Shown piece by piece: positions 1 to 9,051 of a stretch of 44,271 bases of DNA. The stretch spans positions 2,366,240 through 2,410,510 of the forward strand of contig NW_019091358.1 of assembly GCF_001949145.1 (NCBI RefSeq), written 5' to 3'. The stretch comes from Acanthaster planci. Its lineage: Eukaryota. The notes beneath the pieces are model-generated. The model had not been told where the DNA came from and did not search any database. It saw nothing but the letters and a program-made list of their open reading frames with translations. The translations under genes were made by a program, and so were the position numbers. The number at the start of each line of letters is the position of its first letter. Within the stretch, counting starts at the first letter, position 1.

Positions 1-193
1 TAGTATATAAAATAGACAGCACCAACCACATGTAGTATTTTCAAAAAGTGAAAAAAAAATCTTGCAAAACAAACTTGTGACTCGCAAAACAAAATTTTAT
101 CTCACAAAACAAATTTTGCCCTGTTAAACAATTCTTGCAAAACAGGATTCACATAAAATAACTGACAGACTAAGAACGTTAGAGGCGTGCGTA
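1..193. mobile_element. Probable right end of a non-autonomous DNA transposon with subterminal 20-bp tandem repeats (truncated by window edge)
   Basis: Seen: tandem units CTTGCAAAACAAACTTGTGA (61), CTCGCAAAACAAAATTTTAT (81), CTCACAAAACAAATTTTGCC (101) and a further CTTGCAAAACA at 134. The block ends ...GAGGCGTGCGTA (193), resembling the GCTTCCGTA terminus of the element at 5727-6438. Transposon identity is inference; the other end is not in the window. Confidence 0.4.
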
Positions 194-2479
194 GTGATTT
201 GGCCTAGCTTGCGACGCGACCACGCGACACAGGCTAGCAGGCCAGTAAATAGGATGAAAACCGCTTGGGCACGCCAAATCATAATTTGTATGCGGTTAAT
301 TCTAGACGAAATAGAGCATTTTTGTGGCCCATGAACTTGACAATTTGTAGGAAAAACAGGTTTAGGCAGGCAAAGACAATATTAGCTTACGTCTGAGTGT
401 GATTTGGAAGAAATCGGTGCCTGAAAACGGTCTATTTTTCGAGAAGTGTAGGCATCGATATTTCAAACTGGTGAGGGGCTTCAGGACTGCACTTTAGAGG
501 TGACCCTCCGTGGAAACAAATATCTTCAAAAATAATCGGTTAATAAATGGAAATTTGAAAACAAAAATTAAAAATAATAAACTGGGCTTTAATTTCATGT
601 ACTACGTCTCATCAAACGCCTAAAAAACTTGGAAGTATTTTTTCTGATTTTTTGAAGTTTGGGTATTTATCAATGTTGGCTATGACAGTTTATTTACTAG
701 CCAGCAATTCTAGGCACAGGCAGAAGAGTGTCACTTGCATCGCCGTGGCGTACATGTACGTATACGTATGTATTATAGTCCTACTTTAGACCGACGCAAT
801 TTGACCTGCCTTGCTTGAGCTAAAAAAGGTTATTGGAAAATAACTGAGTCTGAATGAAGAAAAGCTATACTCGAAATACAACAAAAGCCGGGGTAGTATT
901 CGTGACCTTTTAAAACTTGGTTTTAACACGACTAACGAACTTATTTTGCTTGTTTCATTGCCTTTTACTTTCATAGCCTAAGGCAAAAATGATAATACTT
1001 AAAATTGGAACCATAATTAAATTTATTTGACATCATCAACATTGAACATGATAATATAAATATACAAATATATAAATCAACAAGAAAATTACATTTTAAC
1101 AGACAAAAATGGCAGTAAATTGTTTGATTTAAACAAGTAAATGCATTTAGTTTTGTGTGTGTTGGGGGAATTGTTCACAACTTTTCTAGAAATTTTAAAC
1201 CACATTTGGGGAATGAGGATGGCACCTCTCTTCTGTGTTAGCACCATTTACATGTAACCATATGATTTTGATCTTTCCTACATCAGCATTCAGGTTTGGC
1301 CTTGTTGAAAATAAAATAAATAATGGTTTAACTAGAGCGGGACGGGAAGTTGACCCCCCCCAAAAAAAAAGCTGGCGGTGGACCAGACTGCTTTACCTCT
1401 CTTCACAAGCTTATGCATAATATGCAAAATGTATTCCAGCTGCCACCGGATATAAGTCTCATGTTCATTGAAAAATGACACTCAAACCAGGACACAACGT
1501 ACACTTAACTACCTGAGGAAGCACTGTGCCTTAATGGTGATATCCACTTGGGTAAGTGTAATAACTCCTTTATTGCTCTATCAAATTGTTCATAATTTCA
1601 ATGGCAGCATGCAAAATTAGTGAGGATGCAATGTTTGTATATCTCCATTTGCATACATCATGTGTATGCCTTGAGAATACAACGATATTGAATTTATGAA
1701 TTGACAAGTTTAGAAGCCCCATATAGTTGTTGACAATATTGAAATATGATTTCTTGAAAGAAACAATTAATATCTGGGATGCTTGTGGGCTTGCAAAGCA
1801 CTGCCTCACTACAAGCTGGGCTAGTACAAATTGTCCAGTATTCGTGTACATACTGGTAATGGACTGGGTACATCAAGACCAAGCATTTCAAGGGTGAGTT
1901 TTCAGCCAAAACACAAGTTTGCAGCCCTGTACACAGAGAACCATGCTGCTCCTGGCACTGTCGTGTATGTGTTCCTTCATCCATTGCTCATCATTCATGT
2001 GGTAAGGAACCTTCTAAATAATTTCAAGGCAGTTAGATGACCTAGTTATGGTAAGCTACGAGATGTAACAGGATCATATTGAGTTGTTTTAGGGCTGTTC
2101 AACTTTGAAATCGGTGCGCTTTCAACCCCACATGACAGCAGTTCCATGTGGCTTTTCGTGGACTGCTCAGTCACGCTAGTCATCGTATTTCATCCATTAA
2201 ACCACTCTTGTCTCAACGTATGGCACACTGCTTTATCAGCATGTTTGCCTGAAAGACTTTGTTAATACCCCCTCCATGCCCTCCAAATGTAATTTAAGTA
2301 CAGAATAACGAAAGCTTCCAAAACATGCATAAGTCATGTAAATCGGACATTAAATGTAGGATATGATCCCATAAGCGACAAAGTCAAAACGGGAACATGA
2401 ATAATTATAAACCAATGGAAATTACCATGCAAATGGACACATTTACTTCAGTTTTTTATTACATGTTTCGATTACATAA

Positions 2480-2594
2480 TCATGGCGACTTTTCACACAT
2501 GGGGGGTGTTCCTTGTCAATGTGAAATTGAGTATCTGTATGAAGATTTAAGTTAAAAGACTTCATGTCTTGACATGTGTGAGAAGTCGCCATGA
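2480..2594. repeat. Short inverted repeat pair (MITE-like relic, 115 bp)
   Basis: TCATGGCGACTTTTCACACATG (2480-2501) is the reverse complement of CATGTGTGAGAAGTCGCCATGA (2573-2594) with one mismatch. No TSD seen. Confidence 0.6.
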
Positions 2595-3180
2595 AAAATG
2601 GAAAAAATCGAAAAATGTGTACAGTTTGCTATTGCCATTGCCAGAGCCACTATCACAAAACATGCCTAGGCATAGGCCCCAGCAGGAATTCGGAGAAAAC
2701 ATGAGTGTCCTTGTACCTTGTGTGCCACCTATCCTACCACTCCATCATTCGAAGGTTCTGGAGACCAAGTCAAAGGGTATAGATACTTTGTGAGTCTTTG
2801 ATGCAAAGGAAAAGGAAAGATTTCGTAGAATTAACGACAGAAATATTCCACCGTCGGCATTTAAACATTTATGTTTAAATTTTCTTTATTTTAATTTTTT
2901 AAACCTAATTTTTTCCTTTTTCATGTTGCCTTTTTGCCCTGTGGCCGCCCATAAGTGAGGGGTTGGTTGTGACAGAACACAACCTTTTCTTGGCCTTTCA
3001 TAAATAGTTGATAGACCGAGAATAATTGTTTTCAAATGATTAGAATGAGCCATAAGCTGGGTAATTCAAGGCTTCGGATTTGGTAGCTTCTTTTGTAACT
3101 AAAGGAAACGAGATTGTGCAACAATAATAATGAAATGAGAGTTCAGCGATTGACTTCGGAGTATTCCTGCTAAAAAATCA

Positions 3181-3405
3181 GTCCGTTTCAAAGCCATGCA
3201 AAGTCACATGGACGAATCGCTTGACCGTGGTCAATTTCATTTCGGGCGCACCAGGTATCGATATTGTTGAAGGAATCCCAGACGTCACTCGCTCTCACAG
3301 GTTGATTATAGGCATTCTTTTCTAAGTCTTCAAACTGTCCTGACGACGGACTGAGCACGCAGTCCGAAACGATGAGTATACTCCCAGTTCTTTTCAGAAC
3401 CACAC
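3181..3405 (+). mobile_element. Decayed Penelope-like retroelement 3' end (pseudo-LTR region)
   Basis: 3181-3243 translates VRFKAMQSHMDESLDRGQFHF, loosely like the EAxxI...LNRDxG C-terminus of the PLE GIY-YIG domain. It is followed by a hammerhead-like core (3340-3373) and CAGTTCTTTTCAGAAC (3385-3400), a small hairpin I recall from marine-invertebrate PLE ends (unverified). Confidence 0.5.
3335..3378 (+). ncRNA. Minimal type I hammerhead-ribozyme-like motif (probably degenerate)
   Basis: CTGACGA (3340-3346), C, stem GGACTG (3348-3353), loop AGCACG, CAGTCC (3360-3365), GAAA (3366-3369), CG. Both core boxes flank a perfect 6-bp stem II. However GAAACG is followed by AT rather than the U-H cleavage site, and stem I is weak. 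Confidence 0.55.
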
Positions 3406-4588
3406 ATAGGCCTACTCATAAGCGAGACATATATTCCTTCGCATGGTGCTACTGCAAGCCTTTCCACCTGTTGCTTCAAACTTTACTAACATTACCTATT
3501 TTTTCTTTGTATTCAAGGATCAAGTTTATATTGAATAAACTCCCTTTTTTTTCATTTAGAGATCTAACTTAGTCCGACTTAAAGTACTGCTTGACTTCTG
3601 GTTAATCGTTTTGTCATTTCATCGTAAAAGCTGTTAATCCAACGAGTGCTCAATGTGCAGAGGAGTTGGATTCATTGTTGGTATGCCAGTCCTTGGTAAA
3701 CTATATCATTATGTAGATATCTAAAATATTTCGTCATTAATAGGGCTGTGTATAAAAGACTTTTAAGGGCGTTGGCTCCTCACTTGGAGGCAAGACTGCA
3801 GGGCTGGCACTATGGCAGGGCATTTTGGCCCTGTTAGTTTGTACCCATTTGTCGGGGAGTTGTGGTTCATTAAAACTGAGATGTGCAAAATTCTTGCATT
3901 TAGGAAGAGTCCCACTGTGTCTGTCGGCTGTGGTCACGGTTATCTTAACCTCCTCGTCACCACAAATTGATTCCAACATGTTCTAGTCCAGGTCATTCAC
4001 TGTAACTTCTAAGTATCTTTTTTGTGATTTGTTGTATGAAATTGTAAAGTAAATTGTGGTATTTATAAGCGCAATATTCTGTGCAGTTTATGCTGCAAAA
4101 GCTGCATTGCTGGTGATGATTTAAAATTTGATTGAAACCGGGGTTTTATGTACGGTTTAAAGTTGGACAGGGTAGACCCTCCTCACTGAGAGACGACGAC
4201 GCACTTAACTTTTTTCAACCAAGACAGCAGGATCGTCACCCAGCTCACCTATGAAAAGGGAACGCCAGCGCCATATAGACACCCCACTCCGTAGACAAAC
4301 GCACCGGTGCTTTTAACATCACAACCAAGGCAGCTCACTTCCCAAGCGGATTGAGCCAATGAACTGTTGATTAGGGCCCGATTTCTTTGATGATTTGTAA
4401 AGTATTCAGTAAATTAGTTTTTGGGTGTAATTTTGATTTGTTAATTGGTTTTGTGTCGCAGGACTGAAAAAAGACCCCCAATAATTTTGTTGTTTCGCAC
4501 AAGTTACCCCTTTTGTGTTTAAATTTCTTCTTTTACAATCCATCGGCCAATCAGGATAGGCGATGTACGGGAATCATCGTCAACGTTA

Positions 4589-4914
4589 TTCGAATGCTGA
4601 CCGGAGACGAGGAAAGACTTGTTATTTATTTCCTCTCCATTTTCCGTTTTCCAGCTAAATTTGTTATTCTTTTATTTTCAGTATCTAGTAATTAAGTAAT
4701 TTTATACAGTTATATCTACTTGTACATGTGCATTACTAAGGATTCAGCGAGTGGGCGTTGCTCCTAAGAAATATTTGCAAAGTCGTGCGCATTTATACTG
4801 TGATTTAATTAGTTTTATATCTTTTGATCAAGTTCGTAAATATTAACAGCTTTCGAATGCTGACCGGAGACGACGAAAAACTGATTCATTTCCTCTCCAT
4901 TTCCTGTTTTCCAG
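4589..4914. repeat. Local direct repeat, two ~65-bp copies 263 bp apart
   Basis: TTCGAATGCTGACCGGAGACGA...ATTTCCTCTCCATTT...GTTTTCCAG at 4589-4654 and 4852-4914; the first 22 bp are identical. Confidence 0.85.
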
Positions 4915-5726
4915 AAATAAACCAATCAAGAAATTTTAGCCGGAGCGTCCTCTTTCGTTTTTTCAACTCCTAATAACTAGGCTCACATTTGTATAACAAT
5001 TAGGTAAATTAAATTAGGTGTTGAGATTAACAGGTGAAATGTCCGTCTTTTATTTGTCTGGCTTGTCTACATAGCGTCTGATCGGAAGTACAAGTTCCAA
5101 GGTTCCTTTTGGGGAATCCTGTGACACCCCCCTTTTCTGAATATCTCTCACAACAATGAAAAGAAAAAAAGTAGATTGGCTGATAGCGTAAGGATCGAAA
5201 GACTGTATCACAGAATCGACTACAAGCGCGACGATCGATCGATCGTGCAATTCGACCGGCCCAGCAAAGACATCCGTAGTCCTATATTAATTCATTACCA
5301 AAACACTATCTAGGTGATCCATCTTGTCGTTTAAATCCAGAACTCCTTCAGCCGTGCAAATCAGCGACCAACCCAGTGTTTAAAAGTTCCCAGTGTTTAA
5401 AATGCCAACAATAAAACAAACGGAAGGACCAGCAAAGTGCTGGCCTTTCCCTCCCTACATCGCCAATTGCGGCACAACAGCATATGTACAAACCTGAACA
5501 TGTTCAGATTTGTTGGAGTGTACACATGAATATTTTGAGTTCCACATTTCACAGTGGAATCGGCACATTTCATCCGTCACCGAATGTAATTCTTTCCTTT
5601 TCAGTATAAAGTGAAACATTCTCAGTTTGTTGACACAACACTTGTATAAGTCCTGGAAAAGCCCCCTTTGAAAAAGCTTCACTTGAATGTAATCCCTGTA
5701 CCACCTATGGGAGTTCAGAAACTTAA

Positions 5727-6438
5727 TACCAAAGCGCATATGACCATCCACGTTACCGCGTTAACGAGATGATTTATGATGGAAACACATGAAAGACTAT
5801 CATAAAAGATATAATTTAGTGATATGAAATCTCGGATAGTCTTGAAGAGACAGAATTTACTGACAAGAAATCTCGGAAAGACAGGATTCCGAGCTATCGC
5901 ATCTTGGAAACACAAAATTCGGTGATATTAAATCTCGTAAAGTCAGGATTCCGAGTTATCGCATCTTGGAAAGACAGAATTCACAGGTATGGAATCTCGG
6001 AAAGACAGCATTCCGAGTTATTGCATTTTGGGAACTGTTTTATAATATAGAGTGCAGGGATGCAACAGCTCGGAAATCATGAATTCACAGATAGGAAAAC
6101 TCGCTAAGACGGTTTTCCTGTTTATTACATCTTTGTATGCATTATTCATTTATACAGTATCGTGGAAACAAGGATTTCAAACTATCATAACTCAGAATCC
6201 TGTCTTTCCATGATTTCATATAAGTGAAGTCCGTCTTTCCAAGATACGATAAGTCGGAATCCTCTCTTTCCAAGATTTCACATCAGTGAATTCTGTTTAC
6301 CAAGATGAGATAACTCGGAATCATGACTGTCCGAGATTTCAGATCAGTGAATTCTGTGTTTTACGACAGTTTTCATATATTTTCACCATAAGTTATCTCG
6401 TTAACGCTGTAACGTGGATGGTCATATACGCTTCCGTA
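5727..6438. mobile_element. Foldback/Mutator-like non-autonomous DNA transposon (long modular TIRs, 9-bp TSD)
   Basis: Left end TACCAAAGCGCATATGACCATCCACGTTACCGCGTTAACGAGAT is the near reverse complement of right end ATCTCGTTAACGCTGTAACGTGGATGGTCATATACGCTTCCGTA. Arms (~270-300 bp) contain ~62-bp tandem units (AATCTCG at 5869, 5931, 5993; inverted copies at 6189, 6251, 6312). Flanks GAAACTTAA (5718-5726) and GAAACTTCA (6439-6447) match 8/9. A 9-bp TSD plus long repeat-containing TIRs is characteristic of MULE/Foldback elements. Confidence 0.85.
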
Positions 6439-7535
6439 GAAACTTCATGTAAATGAGGACGTGATAATTCACGACTACAACGTTTTTCAATTTGGCTGCG
6501 CTACAAGTTGGGACGAATAATTACTTGACGAGTGATAAATGACCCAACAATCAGATGACAGGAAAATTTTCAGGTGTTCTGTGAGACAAAATAACAAATC
6601 TTCAAATAAACTTGCAGGGGAAGCTATTGGTCAAGGTGGACTTGACTAATAAGACATCATTAATTGATCAAATCTACAGTATATTGCATTGTTACCTGGC
6701 TGAAACCAATCTTTGAGAATTCATCAGAAATGAAAACATTTAACGCTTAGGTCAATTATGTTTGAGAGGTCTGTGCACTTTTTTAGGTAGTTAAGCCCCT
6801 TCAAGAGACTGGGGTTTAAGGCCAACTGCAGAGTCTAAAAGTGACTTCAGGATACCACGCATATTACGCCATCACCAGAGTACGACAATTATTGGTATTT
6901 GACACTTTCACTCATACAATACTTATTGCTTTTGACAACTTAAGCCAAACTAATGCACGTGCAAATAGCCATCTTAACGCTAAATGGAAATTACCTATTT
7001 AAAATACAGGTATGGTACAACGGACGTAGATCGTAGAGAGAAAGTCACTGTTCAAATTATGGTGGCGCCATTCAGGCACCAGAGTTACTTAGAGAGAGAG
7101 TAGCGCCAGCTTCAGACCTCAGAAACAAAAAGGCTGCAAATTATGTGAACAGGAGAGCGTGCGGCTATTATGTACTAACTACCATTGCGCACTGGCGTGT
7201 ACACCTGCCAGTTTGTTTCAAACAAATGTGGCACCTATGTTTCAACTCTCTTTGTACACAGTCTTCAGGCACTAGCCCGTCCCGATAACATCGCGAAGTG
7301 GTATATCTATTCTCTATTATATTTATATTTAAAAAACTACTTGTTTTGACAACTATTATATAGTTATTCAAATACAAACCTAAATGGGCCGACAGAAAGC
7401 AAATTATGACATCCAATAAAATGATTTATAGGACATTAGAATGCGAAAACTAATTACTATTACTCTTTCAAAGTTTCAGGTCTAACAGTCGCTTATGTTC
7501 ATGCTGCAGTTGAGACGGTAAATCAGGAACAGTAG

Positions 7536-9051
7536 TTGGCTTTTTCGCAACTTTGCGAAAAAGGCATTCTTTTTGTTCTGACTTTTTTTCTTTTGGGCTT
7601 TTTCGCAACTTTGCAAAAAAGGAATTCTTTTTGTTCGGATTTTTTTTTCTTCTTCTTCCTCTTCTTCTTCTCCCCAAAAGACCAATTAATTTGTGCACGT
7701 TTTTTCTGGCCACCACTTTAGTGCCTAAACAACTTCCGAATGTCATTAAACTTACACCAATGAAGGACCCTTATGTATAGATGTGCATAGAAGCATGACG
7801 TCATGATGGCGTCATCAAGTGATGTTTTATTGATTTTTCAATATTTTTTTCGGCCCATTCGCTTTGTACACGTTTTTGCGGCACAGTTTTGGTCACTTAG
7901 CAATCTTCAATCATTATCAAACTTACACCCAATGACGACCCATATGCAAAGTATTTTCCAAATTGATGACGTCATCATGACGTCATCATATGATTTGTTA
8001 TGCATTTTTAGCTCTTTAATTTTCCCAATAGACTTTGTAAATAGATTTCAAGTTTCAATATCTTCAGCTAGCAGACTTGAATCGGTCTAAAAGTTACACC
8101 AAGCACAGATGATCAGGTAAATATTCTACCAAAGTAGTGACGTCATGATGAAGTCATCATGTAAATTATTTTGAAATGTTCAATCTTTATTTTTTCCTAT
8201 AGCTTTTTGTACACAGATTCGAAACGGCTACATTAACTAAACTACGTGTCTGATTGGGTTGAAACCTTGCATGTATCCACAAAGGGATGTGTTTGAGATG
8301 AAAACTGGCATGATGTGTTGACAATGTTATCACCTGACAAGCACGTGACATTGAAGGGGCGCTATTTAAAGCATTATATTTCTTAAACAGAGTCCCAGTT
8401 GCTTTGAAACCTTGCGTGTATCTTTAAAGGGGCGTGTTATAGATGAAAAGTGACATTATGTAATGATGCCGTAACCACATGACCATGCAATCACGTGACA
8501 TTAAAGGGGCATTCATTACAAAAAAAGTGTTCCTTCTAAACTACATATATGTAATTGGGTTAATTGAAAGCTCTTATTTACACGTTTTCAAAAAGTGTTA
8601 CAGACCTAAACCAACATGATGTGCCGAAGATGTCGTCATTTGACTGGTCAATCGGCGACCAGGTCCCTCATCGGTTATTAACGACAAGTTTATACACGTT
8701 CCACCACACTTTTATTCCCTTATTATTAAAATCACTAAATCTTCTAAACTATATGTCAGATTCGGCTGAAACCTTTTTTCTATTGTATCTATAAATGCAA
8801 ATGTTTTATTCAAAAACTCACACGATTTGCATATGACATCATCATATGATCAGTCACAAGAACATCATCACTATATCACATAATCCAAAGTTACACTGAT
8901 AAAGCATTCTCTGTTGAACAATCGTTTTAAATTATATTCACTGACTAATTTTTTGCCTTTACTTTTTCAGTATACACAAATTGTTCAAAATTGCAAAACA
9001 ATGAGAAAAAGCCCTCTGTTCTGTTGGCAAACAGACAGATAAGCTCTCGTT
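7536..9051 (+). mobile_element. Helentron-associated non-autonomous element (HINE / DINE-1-like)
   Basis: 5' palindrome GGCTTTTTCGCAACTTTGCGAAAAAGGC (7538-7565); (CTT)n microsatellite 7649-7671; internal diverged ~171-bp tandem units (AAACTTACACC at 7748 and 7919, AAAGTTACACC at 8090, more diverged units from ~8262); 3' subterminal inverted repeat GAGAAAAAGCC (9003-9013, 10/11 to the reverse complement of GGCTTTTTCGC); 3' stem-loop TCTGTTCTGTT-GGCA-AACAGACAGA (9015-9039); ends CTCGTT with TT at both boundaries. This matches the established HINE architecture. Confidence 0.8.

Noticed and set aside
978..2997. TAAGGCAAAAA ... CTTTTCTTGGCCT as paired transposon ends
   Set aside because: Inverted similarity is limited to a few terminal bases, so the ends cannot be paired confidently.
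4170..4385. Possible reverse-strand SINE
   Set aside because: No recognisable A/B boxes; resemblance too vague.
5372..5402. CCCAGTGTTTAAAA duplicated at 17-bp period; (GATC)n palindrome at 5231-5246
   Set aside because: Ordinary slippage-type micro-duplications.
5809..6360. Regularly spaced, partly palindromic repeats resembling a CRISPR array
   Set aside because: Units are contiguous with no unique spacers, are mirrored as inverted arms of a transposon, and no cas genes are present.
7468..7780. Lys/Glu/Phe-rich overlapping ORFs
   Set aside because: By-products of the HINE 5' duplication and (CTT)n microsatellite.
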